Positions 49,829-62,500 of a stretch of 64,000 nt of DNA are shown in pieces. How positions within the stretch are numbered: the stretch's first letter is position 1; each line of letters starts with the position of its first letter. Made by a program: the position numbers and the translations under genes. Below the pieces are notes generated by a model, which worked only from the letters and a program-made list of their open reading frames with translations, did no database searches and was not told the origin of the DNA. Source of the DNA: Paragordius varius. Taxonomy: Eukaryota; Animalia; Nematomorpha. The stretch lies in the NCBI GenBank assembly GCA_964247055.1, contig OZ176050.1, positions 2,108,001 through 2,172,000 of the forward strand, in the 5' to 3' direction.

Positions 49829-52800
49829 TTATTTTAAAATATTGTGCAATTTTTCCAATTTGGTTAGAAAGCTGGTAGATTTTTTCATTGCACTTGAACT
49901 ATTGGCACCGAGCGTATCATGACCAGCCACATCATCTATACAACAAAGATCATAAAATTCTGTTAAAGATAAAATCGCTATTTTATTGCGGTTTCCTTCT
50001 CGGTCATAGTGTATTCATATTAAAGATAGTGTACTAATAAAATTTATACAGTCTTATGTGATTAATATGATATAAGATTCTACTAATTTAATTCACATAT
50101 CACTTACTCTAATTATTTGGCTAAAATGAATTTTCACTGTATTTATTTTTTAAGTTAACGAATTAATCTTGGAAAAAAATTATAATCGTCTCAAAAATTA
50201 AAATTTCCTACCAATGTTAAAGCCAAATCACTAAAAATCAATACTGAAATAAAATTGATGGTGTGGATTTGTGAAAGATATGAATTTTTACAATGAAACA
50301 TAAACTTAATATAATTTAAATTTTTATAGATTGTACAATTCTTAAGCTAAACTTTGAAACTAATGCCCAATACAAAGATTAATATATAAATGGGCAAAAT
50401 TGATAATAAAACCACCATAACTAAATTAGTTTGTAAATTACCTTTATTAACATCACATTCCATTATTTCAAAATAACCATGGGACACCGGTTTCAACTTT
50501 TCCAACCATCTATGTTTTAAATAATAAAATATATACATTATACACCACAACATATATGTAATTTAAAGGTTAAAAATAAATAGGTTTAAAATATATGAAT
50601 GATGATTTTTTTTATAATAATGATTGTACGTTATCCATGTAATAGAAGTTAAAATGTGAAATTAACAAATAAACAATAACCACAATCAACTTTTTTTCAA
50701 TTTTCATATTGTTAATGTGTATATACGATGCTATTAAATTTTTTAAAATACTATTATTAACTACAATTCATCGTAAGAAATAAAATTAAAAATTTAAAAA
50801 TTATAATCTTTTATTCATAATATCATTGGCTGTTTAAACCTTTTGAATTCTGAATTAGATGGGAGAGCCATGTAAATGATGCAATAAGAACTTGTCAGTT
50901 TGATGCAATTATGCATGCGTATAGATGGTTTCACCATAAAATCCGGGACATAAATGGTTTGAGTCAAAAATTTCATCTAAACGGAAGTAAGTCGGGCAAA
51001 AAAAGTCCCATTTAAATTTAATTTAAGTTAAAATATATAAAATAAATCATATTTTTCTCTCTAATCCCCTTGATATAACATATTAGAAAAGGGAGTGTTA
51101 AAAATGTAAAAATAAGTCATATATATCCACATTACAAACGGTTTATAATTGCTAAATACCTGATTTTCCATTTTATCCCAAAAAGGCGACTGAAGATACA
51201 GGTAAGGCAAATTCTGAAGTAACTCCGGATCAATACAGCTAGATTGACTAGGCATAACACCACCAGGATTTGTGGGGTCAGAGGGGAAACCACTCACTTT
51301 AGTTCTGAAAAACAGAAATCATTCCTTACATTTGAAAAATATATTATAAACTTAGAAAATGAATAATAACAAGTATATAGTATCGATCGTTGATTCATCA
51401 AGTCATATTGAAATGTTAAAGTTGATTGATGATGTAATATTATCACATTTTTACCATTATATGGTAATAAAATTGTTAAATAGTTTAATTATTTGGGTTC
51501 AAGTGTGAGAGAAATATAAACGGAGTTAAATTCGCAGTAATGTAAAAAGTAATCAAAAAGTGTTTAAATGAGACATAAATCAGTTTTTGTTATACTTGTA
51601 TCGTTTAAATTAACTTAAAAATTTTCCCAACTTACAATTTAAAAAAAAGGTTCTTCAGTAAGTAAGTTACTGTGTGGACTTGAATATTTTTTCACATAAA
51701 CTTTAAAATCTTTCAAAAACAAAATTTAGAAAATTAAATAATTATCACTCATTGATTTGCATTAGTTTTGAAGAGGTGGATGCGGGACTTTGGGAAAAAA
51801 TAGAGTTGTTTGTATTTGTGCTACAAAAGTAAATGACAGATCTGCATTGAGACCAACCCGTTTTAAGGGAAGGCATAAGGTTAGATATAGCACTGGCAAA
51901 TGTGGACACTGATCTATCTGACCGTCCATTTATAGGCTATAAATTTAAATTGCAAACAGAAAACATAAAAAAAATTAAATTATGTAACCCTCGATGATTA
52001 CATGTGACCAATATATATGTCTATTCCTTAGTTGGTATAAACAAATCAGGTTTTGAAAAATTTTGGTTTCCTCCTATAAAAAAAATATTTGCCTTTGATT
52101 ATTTAAAGTTTTAAATTTTACAGTAAAAAATAAAATTATATAGATATAATATATATTTTTTCCATTAAGTACCCATTTTCGATCCTTATTTTTTATTTAT
52201 ATAATTTTCCATATAATTACATTCTATGCATTTGGGTGTGTTACAAGTTTACATAATTTAATTAGTCCTTATCCGTAAATCAAAATAATAGGTTATATTA
52301 ACAACAAAATTAAGGCAGATATATGGTTATCTTTATAATATATTGCTGTATTCCTTGATTAATATAGATATATAAATTTTAAAAAAAAATTAAATCCAAC
52401 CTGTCCAGGATATTTAGGACTGTGCAAAAAAGTCGAATCTTTTGAAATGCTAATGTCTTCTTTAGCTGACTTGTTTATAATTTGTGAACTATCTAAAGAG
52501 TTTTTGTGCATGGTTGTAAGTGATTGGCCAGCCTTATTCTCATCGTTTGATTTTGGAAGGGTTACTACTCAAAATGATTAATAAAATGGCATTTTTGTGA
52601 CAACTATAAAAAATAAATTTAAAAAACAATAAAAACATTTTTTAATTCTATCAAACTCGCCATTCTAAAAGCGATGGTTTACAACTTCGCTATTTACGGG
52701 CCTGAATCACCGACACTCATTAAAAATCTGGAAAATTTTGTGCAGTTCCTGGAAAGCCCACATCTCCAATTCATATATACTAAACTTCCTCAAACCAGAA

Positions 52801-55800
52801 TTTTTACTTTACGATCTGGTGATCTGCAAGCAATTAAAATATTTAGGCCACATTCTTCGCCGATTCCCTGGAAAAAACATTCTCCTTGGGTTGATCGATG
52901 GGACTCGCAAAAGAAGCCGCCCCAAAAAGCGGTGGCTCGATATCTTTAAATCAGTTACAAATCTTATCCTTTGCCAAATAATTTAAAGTCTAAAGAATGA
53001 TCAAGAAAAATAGGCTTAGATTTTTTGGACACATCAAACGTACTCCAGAACAATAGACAAATAAAATTTTATCCCTACATCCCGAAGGTAGCAAGGTAGA
53101 CCAACATTTAACTGGGAAAAAACAATAAATAATGATTTAAGTGTTGCCAATATTGATGATAACGCCTGGCAGGATCGCAAATATTACAGGCAGCTTCTAT
53201 ACGAATACAATGGCTAGCTAGCACACAAAGACGAGACATTAAAGATCGTCTGGAATGGAAAACGCTTATTCATGAGAGAGCTGATGGTCGCTACGCAACT
53301 ATAAACAACAATATTTTGAAACAATGCGTTTTTTGGTTGCGAAAAAAAGAATAGAACTGTAAATTAATGTCATTATTAAAATACATTTGTTATCATAGGT
53401 CAAAAATGTATATTAGTCCATCTGTTTTTTATCTTTGTAATTTTAGTTTTTTTCTGTTAAATTAAGAAAACATTCAATATATAAGGACATACCAACAGAT
53501 ATTTTGTGATGGTTTTCGATGATATCAATCTTTTTAACGAGGACCCAGGTTTGATAAAAATCTACTGGAGTGCTCGGTGTACCAGAATCAATTGAGTCCG
53601 TAGGGCTTGGGGGCAAACTCTTATCAAGACTACTGCGTTTACGTTCTAAGTTTGGATTGGCAAACGTGTCAGCTAAATCCTATTTTTTGAAACAAAAAAG
53701 GATATTATAAATTAATTTTTATGCGTAAAATTACATATATATTTAAATGTTTTATTTGGTGTGAATATAGTCACACCGATAAGACAAAATTTTTAAATTA
53801 GCAAAAAAAGTATGTTACCAACGCTTGTTGAAATTCATGATCTTTTGTGAGAACCCTTATGCTAGAATTATCGGTTGAATGCACAGGATTGATTTGTTTT
53901 GCAATAGAAACAGAATTTTCCGGTTTAACAACTTTAGCGTTTTTACCAAAATTTTCGTCGTTTTTAATATTTTCTTCTTTGTTTGTTTTCTCATCCTTGA
54001 GTTCTTCCAATTGATTACTATTATTTATTAAATGAATTGTTATACATGTTTTGTTTTATATGGCAAGATATGATAAAATGTTTTGTTTTATACCAAATAA
54101 AAATTTTATTAAATATATAAATTATAATAACCTAACATAAAAAGCAAACTATATTTATTAAACCATTTTTTTGGTTCCTATATTTTCTCTAAAACCTATA
54201 TAATTATACTTGTGTGTAATATAAATTAAATGTTACCCATTACCTCTATTTATTTTCGCAAACCAAAATGATAATTAATATTAAAAACGCAACGTTTAAA
54301 AACTATGGTTTTAATACAAATAATTATGTTTTGCCTTTATAATTTCTCATCTTTGTATTTAAATTCAATTAAAATTAACATGCTTAAACCAGAAAAAACT
54401 CACAATGAATTACATAATAAGTTAATAACTTTAGTTAAATCATAAATGTACAAACTTATTATGGCTCGCAACAACAGTGGGAAAATGATGGTAAGGCAAA
54501 TAGTAATCGAGAAATCGATTGGAAACAAAAACGTTTTCCTCGCAGTTATTGTGATTGGGGGATATAGATGCATTCGAAAGGCAAGATTTAAAGGGCGAAC
54601 CTTCATCGTGTTCATTGGCTAAAATCTCGGACATTCCACAACTCAAGGAGCTTGGTATTTTGTGGTCTTTTGTGTAAAATATAAATCATATATAGCAATA
54701 TTACTCAATTTTATGATATTTTGCGAAAAATAGCGCGCTAATAATATATGACTGGCTTATGTTTATTATCTGGATGTTATTTTCCTCTGTGAGTTTTCAA
54801 ACAATAAACATCCGGTTAAAAAGGAAGGTGTACTAACCTTCTATATATCTGTATTAAAACTATTAAAAAATATTTTTTAAACATAAAACGCTTTTTATAT
54901 CTCTCTTAGTCATAACATACCATTTACAAATTCACCCTAAAATAAATTTGTTTTTTAAGATTAAATAATACCTAAGTTTTTTATATTTTTTAAAATTAAA
55001 ATAATAGACTTTGCCATTAAGATATATTTCATATTAATGATGAGTTAAATTAAAAACAAATAATTTACTTTTAGAGTAATTGTTTAAGCGTGAATTTGAA
55101 TTGTAAATGGTATATAATACTTAAATACGAACCGTTTAAAAAATTGTTGGTTGTATCTAATGATTGTGAAACATCTGTCTTTGCATTGGTAGAACTAACA
55201 TTATTATTATTATTACTAGTAAAAATTTTTATGTTGTAATCAGTTGTGGGCGAACTCGTTTCCTCTTCATGAGTCGGAGATGAATTTGTTGTTTGAGAAG
55301 AATCAATCATTGTTTTAGGGACATTTTGATGAAGTATTTTGGATTTACGAAACGGATGAGGAAATATAAAATGTTGACGCTTTTCTGCAAATATAATTAG
55401 TTTTAAAAGAGTTAAATTTGCAATAAATATGTCAAGCACTTTGTTGGCCAAAATGTTAATTTAACATAAAATGTTAAATTTAAAAAATATAATATTAATT
55501 TTGTCAATTACAGTATGCATTTTAATGGTTGCTTATTTCAGTAGGGCAATTTGCAACACAGGAATGTATGGAAAAAAGAAAGGAATAATTATTTATTCAA
55601 CATTTTGTTGTTCATACACTACTTTGTTGCAAATTGCCTTGCTATGAAGTGAAATAAGCAACCATTAAAATACATACTGTATTTTGGCACTATTTAAATA
55701 AATTCAACGGTTTAACTTTAATTTGTTTGGTGTGTAAATTATTTAGTGGTAATGAGCTAAATTAAACGGGTTATTAATTTAAAACCACATCAAAAACCTA

Positions 55801-58800
55801 AACTTAGTGTGGTACACAGGCCTAATTACCTTTTTTATGAGAGAAAAATGGGAGGATTGTTTTAGTGAACAATGATTTGATACTATGCGCAGATAATGAT
55901 TTGGTAGCTCCTTTAACACTTTCTTCTGTAGTAACATCTAGAAAAGTTTATTTTTTTAAAGCCAAAGATTAAAAAATTAAATTTATAAAACCATTAATAA
56001 AATATGTGTACTTGTGGGACTGGCACTCATTTGTTCATCATTTTTACTGTTCTTCTTCATTCTAAACATTATTTGAAAATTATGTCTTAGCAAAAGTTTT
56101 ATAACAAAGAATTTCAATTATAAAATAAATGTTTACCATAAATTTAATTGAATTTTTCCATAACATATATATATAATATATAATCGGGGTTATTATGAGG
56201 ACAATATTTTACGACCCATAAGCATACTTGTACTGGTAAATTAAGGATTTTATGAAAAATGATTTTTTTCATACAATTAACGGTAAATGTGAAAATTTGA
56301 AATAAAAACCGAATCGATCTGCCATGGTGAGATTTGTCGGAATCTGAAACCGACTTTCGAAACATGTCACTAAAAGTTGGCTGTCTGTACTTTTTTCCCG
56401 TGATTGTATTATCATTTGAAATTTTTCCATCTGCGTTAAGAGAATTGTTTATATCCAGTGACTGTATTCCAGCCGATTTGAAAGATGAAGGCAATTTGAA
56501 TTTCGAATTATTTTCATAGTACCTGTTTATGTGAAAAATAATTAAGTACGGTGTAACACGAGTCGGGTCGGACCGCTAGTATAATTTTATCACGTAAATG
56601 AACCTAATATAATTTTTAATTTTAAGTATTTTTTATTTATGTAATTTTTTATGTAAACATCATACTAATCTAAATGGTTATCTTTTTATTATTTGGTTTG
56701 CTAACAATATGTATTTTAATGGTATTACTGCTCATAATGATTAACTACATCCATAATAAGGTTAATTTGCAGTTAATACCCAACCTCAAAAATTCATACC
56801 GTGTACATCTTCTATATAAACAAAAAGCATTACCATTTTTTCTGAAATAAATCCGTGTTTGTTGTCAGCCGTGGACTTTTTACTTTTATCATTGCAGAAG
56901 CAGACGGTGACCAAAGAGAATCAGGTGATCGCGGATCAGCTGATCCAATTTTAGCATTCAAGGGTGGAGATATGATACTGTTTGCACTGTAGATTGCGTT
57001 ATATTTATTATGATTAGGATTATAATTATTATTGGGGTTGTTTGAATTGGTGGCCCATTTAATATGAGTCCTTGTTATAAGTATGAGGTATGGATCATTA
57101 TCGACTTCAGTCAACAATTTGCAAACTTTTTCCATTTCCCAGCCCAGCTAAAACAAAAATATACATTGTTTCAGAACTCTTTCTGTGCGGCGGATTATTT
57201 GCATGATTAACCCCTCTTTTAAATCTTTTTTGAAAAATGGCCTTAAAGCGGATAAATTGAGAGAAAGAATGAATTTTTTCCACACAAAATATATAAAAAC
57301 ATGTTAAATATGCTTTTGTAAATTTGTGATAATATTCAGACATTTTTTGCATTTAAAATGCGTTTTTGCATTCTAATGCCGATTCGGAATGCATATTTTT
57401 CTAGTTAAACAAAACATATGCCGTAATTACAACAATAAAATGAAATATTTCGAAATAATTTGTTAAAAATAAAAATTAATGATTTCAAACAAAAAAAGTT
57501 TTACTATTAATCGATGAGCAATCAACAAGACCTGATCCCCAACATCTAATCGATTACTTTGGGCAGCCGGAGTTTGCGGAACCAATTTACTAATCGTATA
57601 CCAATCATTTTCCAGTTTCAATTCAAATCCCTATAGTAAGTGATAAACTTAAAAAGCTAATTATTTCATATTTTCTATTTAACTTACACAAAATTATTCG
57701 TTTTACACTTGTATAGCTTATATACTTTTTTATCAATATAATATGTATTTAGGAAAAATACCCATGAATTTTGTCCAATACGTTCATTTTGACTTTCAAC
57801 GGGACTTCCAATGTTTTGTAGTGAATGGGAATCACTAAGTTTAGCAGACGTAACTATTTCATTATCTCCGTTTGCAGCATGATAATTTTTACCATTTTTA
57901 CCAGAAATTGTGATTATAGTTAAATTTTCATCTTTTTTATTGCCATTCTGAATATTTTGGGGAATAGTCATTTGTTGATCAAACATGTTAGTTGCATTAA
58001 GTTGATCTGAACTTTTGGAAAGGGCAGATAAAGGCACCAAAGATTTTAATGTAAGTCGGCGATAATTGAAGGGCGTCAAAAAGATGTCAGGATCAAATTG
58101 CGTCGCAGATCGGACAACCACACTACAAAATTTGATAATCACGTCCATCTAAAAACGATAGGTTTTTGTTACATAAATAAAATACTTACTTTTTTTACAA
58201 TTATAATTCAATATGTACAACACCATTTATGAAGTAATTAAATTAAGCTTATGATTACAAGATTATAGTTTTAAAGAATTAGACATTTAAAGTTTTTGAG
58301 TATTGAACATCCTATAATGAGTCAATAAATGAAATTATTAATATATAATCTTTTTAGTCCGCAGAATAATATTAAATAATATAATTTATTGGAAGCGAAC
58401 TGAATATTTATTGAAAATTAATAGGGCTATGATCCGGATTGAATCATGTTTTTTCCATAAATGGAGTCATTACTATTGCTTAATATAAATAATTCAAATC
58501 CTGACATAATTATAAGAGAACTTAAAACTTTTTTATGCACATGGATAGATAAATAAAAGACCTCTGTATCATGAAGATTAATGTGTGTGAAAGAAAATTA
58601 TTTTTCTGCAATCAATTTCGTAAATGGTTTTACCGATTTTATCAAATCTTTAAACAGGTTTTCGTCAATTTTGATTGGAGTGGATGGGTGAAGATAAGAG
58701 GGTTCATTTTGATAACTTAGGAAAGGTTTTGCTGACAATTCTTTATTATTATTAAAATCCACAGGTGTCGGCAAACCTTTTTGCGTAAAATTGTTAGGCG

Positions 58801-59497
58801 CTGGAGTTTTGGGTGAAACCGCTTCTTTAACGATTTCAAGGTAGGTTTTAAATACTTTTCCGGTAACATTTATAAGTTCGATGCAAAGGAAAAAAGTTGA
58901 AGTTCTTATGGTTTGGAAGGATTCATTGCTGGCAGTTTCGGGGTTACACCTATCAAAAATTATTTTTATTTAATTATATAAACAAAACTCTCGAGAAAAA
59001 TATAGAAGTACCGAGATAGCCAATATATAATGTCATTAAATAATTTGATCAAATTTTCCAAATCCTTATAAATTATTTTGATGCTATTTTCCCGAAACTT
59101 GAAATCAGAGTTGTTTGCAATTTTTCCGGCCAAACTTTTTATATTATTTGATATGATAGTTGCTTGAAGATAGTACCTTTGTAACGTATCATATCTATTA
59201 TTAAATACCTAAAATAAAATAAAAATTAACCAAATTTCGTAATTTATCCACGATCGACATAAAATAACTAACTTCATAGTCTTCAACAATCCCGATCGTA
59301 CCGGACAAAAATCGTTTATTCAAATTATAAAGAAGATAGTGACCATTGACTTTATTTTCTATAAACTTTGTTTTATACTTGCTAAAATCATATTTAAACC
59401 CTTAATCATTAGATAAAATAAAACCCGTGGTCCAATCTATTACATCTTGCGGTTCCCATAACTTAATAGCGGCCGAAAATATTTTATCATTTTTCAT
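49829..59497 (-). CDS. cnk: Connector enhancer of KSR (SAM-CRIC-PDZ-PH scaffold). Exons 59497-59425, 59400-59231, 59208-59012, 58949-58634, 58148-57762, 57630-57505, 57147-56834, 56522-56310, 56061-56012, 55937-55830, 55384-55133, 54666-54456, 54017-53819, 53679-53493, 52564-52401, 51936-51749, 51304-51160, 50976-50840, 50509 to about 50443, 49959-49829
   Basis: SAM (WEPQDVIDW..G...YKTKFIENKVNG), CRIC (...IIYWLSR), PDZ (GFELK...TPAAQSNRLDVGDQVL...LGWEMEKV) and PH (YQTWVLVKK...KRWLEKL) appear in CNK order. Linker exons in the middle are placed by phase only. Confidence 0.8.
52660..53310 (+). mobile_element. Cluster of RTE-like LINE 3'-end fragments in a CNK intron
   Basis: LKYLGHILRR...LLGLIDGTRKRSRPKKRWLD, followed by further C-terminal remnants (GRPTFNW, RLEWKTLIH). 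Confidence 0.7.
55511..55679. mobile_element. 169 bp Tc1/mariner-type MITE with TA target-site duplication
   Basis: TA|CAGTATG...CATACTG|TA; about 50 bp of near-perfect terminal inverted repeat. Confidence 0.85.
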
Positions 59498-59581
59498 CGC
59501 ATAAAAGCGTAGGCGTATGTTTTGTCATATGTTATACTGCGAATCTGATATTCATGCTGTTAGATATTTTAAAAATTTAAA
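59498..59581. promoter_or_regulatory. Putative bidirectional promoter and/or overlapping 5' UTRs of CNK and THNSL2
   Basis: Only 84 bp separate the two divergent start codons. Confidence 0.6.
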
Positions 59582-62500
59582 ATGCGCTTTTTGAGCACTC
59601 GTAATGTTTTAAAGAAAGAACTGTATACATTTGAAGATGTGTTATTTATGGGATATGCTCCAGATGGCGGTTTATTTATGCCGGAATACATGCCTAAAGT
59701 ATTGTTAAAATATGAAAAATTAGATTAATAGTGATACCTTAAAAATATGGAGAGATTATTCGTATACAGAAATGGCTTTCGAAATATTGAATCTTTTTAT
59801 ATCTGAAGGGGAGATATCTCGTGATACTTTAAAAAGTGATTTTAATACTATATTTTTAGATCTGCTCAATTTAGCTTTTAGCTCTTTTGATATTCCAGAA
59901 ATAATTAGATTAAATTATTTAATGGATGGTACCAATATTTTGGAATTATATCATGGGCCAACTATGGCGTTTAAAGATCTATCTATGTTGTGTATTGGTC
60001 AATTTATGAACTATTTTTTGAAACAAAAGCAGAAGCGTGTCATTATATTAGTGGGTATTCTTTTTTTAATCGTTAATGTTTTATACTTTAAAAATTTTAC
60101 TATTCTAAATTAAAGTGATTCTTCAGAATATTAATTTGCTTACAATTGTTACACCCACAGGTAAAAGATAACAAAATTATAATGTACGCATGATTGATTA
60201 CAATTATGATAATAATAACATATATTTTAATACCAATTATCTTCTTTATTATTTGAAATTATATTTAGTTTATTAAAAAATATATTTATGCTAACATTTA
60301 TAAATCCAATTTTACTAGTAACAAACATATTGACCCCACTCGTAATTATAGCATCATGACCCTTTGAGATGAATTCAAACCAAAAATTTACTTAGTTTAA
60401 TATCTAACACATCTTTTAAACATATAAATTACATTTTTTTAGTTTTGTCTCATTATGGGTGATTAAACACAAACAAGCTTTTGGGAAAGTTTATTTCTTA
60501 AACGAACATAGGTTAAATACTACGACTTTATTTTGGAACATGAAAAGTATAGCATCTATTTACGTGGATGCCTTAAATTAAAAAAACTTATTTTGAGGGG
60601 ATTCTGTAGGGGAAGGTCCACTTTGTAGTTAGATATTATATAGAGTATATCAATATGCTGTGAAATTTTCTTGCCATATAACAAATCGAAATATATCAAG
60701 CATCCGAGTTTTAGGGGACATTTTTTATGATATATCATCCATATATCCTTTAAAATTATACTTTATATGGCATAACGTTTGAAGAGTATATAATATTTAA
60801 CCTTTATTAACCTTTAAGAGTTTTTTCTCCCAACAAGGTCGTAACCCTTAATATATAATAATGTATCCACATTTTTTTATAAAAATATTATAATTGAAAA
60901 TTAGGAACTTCCGGAGACACTGGTGGAGCAGCTGTTCAAGCTTTCAAAGGATTGGAACAAATTGATTTGATAGTTTTGTATCCGAAAGGCGTTTGCACAA
61001 AAATACAAGAATTACATATGACATCCGTAACAGATAAAAATATTCACATAATTGAAGGTTAACAATAATGTTTAATTATAAATTATTGCTTTTACAAGAT
61101 TTTTATGTATTCATTTGCTTTTATATAACATAGTTGAGGGCAACTCGGATGAATTAGATGTACCCATTCAAAGTTGTTTCGAAGATGAGATATTAACGCA
61201 CAATGATAAATTCTCCCTTTGTTGTATCAACAGTATAAATATGGTAAGGGTTTTGGTTCAAATTGTACATCATGTTTTCGCTTTTGTGCGAATGTCCGCC
61301 ATGGATTGGAATATGTGCACTGTAAGATTTTGAATAATATAAAATATGGCAAAAATAGTATCTAGTAATTACTGCTTTTAATATTAATATTTTAGATATA
61401 TTAAGTTAAACCGTTTTTATATAGTTTTTGTGAAGGATTCATTTTTTACTTATCAGAATAAACCATGCGTGTCTGCAATCGAGTCTGATATGTACAGCTC
61501 AACTTATGGAGATTTGAATAAAATTGGCTCATGTCCTTCATCTTGCGATGAAAGTGTAAAGGATTTAAGCGTAAAGACCAAATATCTTTACTTATTTAAA
61601 CATTATCTTGAAAACTTTTAATATTAAATCATTTCTTAAAAAAAATTATTTCGATTCTATAGGATAAAACTGAGGATCATCACTGTGTAATAAAAAGAAC
61701 TGGTTCTTTAGATGATAATTTCATTGAATTGGTCATTCCTTCAGGGGCAGGGGGCAATGCAGCAGGTTTGTCTATTTTTTATATGGAATTTAGACTAATT
61801 TTGTAAGTACCGGCTTAAATTTTAATTTTACTAAATAATTTAAAATTAATTTATAGCAGGTTTACTATAATAAAGTAAAAAGTATAACTATAAGGCGTCC
61901 AGCCTGATAAGGTCACAAATATATTCATTTTATATAAGCTATATATATAAGATTAAGACAGTTTTATATAAAAAGTGCTTATACATTTCAAGTTGAAATG
62001 ATATTTTTATATTTAGTGTATTGATAAAAATCACCGTATATTTTTTATTTCACTTTTGCAAACCAATTAGGGGCATGTCTCGCAATACAAATGGGTATTC
62101 CCATAAAATTAACTTTGGCCGTCAATGTTAATGATATCATAAAGCGAACTTTGAACCGAGGAGATTTTTCAGCCCTGACACCTGTTAAACCAACTCTTTC
62201 AGTGTCGATGGATATATTGGTTTTGTAATTTAACATTTATATAAAAATATTTCAAAATTTTGAATTCTATTAAATTTTACTTGTTAATAGTGTCCATATA
62301 ATATGGAACGCATATTTTACATCTACAGTAAAGGCGATGCCGAATTGACAACCAAAATTATGAGAGACTTTAGTCAATACAAAAATGTTACCATACCACC
62401 TGACCTTTTAAATGAGGTATGCTATTTTTTAAAAAAAATAAAGAGTGTTTTAACCATTTGATTTAACTAAATTTTGATTTATTTAATTTTTTAGATGCAA

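Noticed and set aside
58990-59011. A third consecutive 22-24 nt intron in CNK (gtacttctatatttttctcgag or ...gagag)
   Set aside because: Both short acceptors lead to in-frame stops; only the 62 nt intron keeps the frame open.
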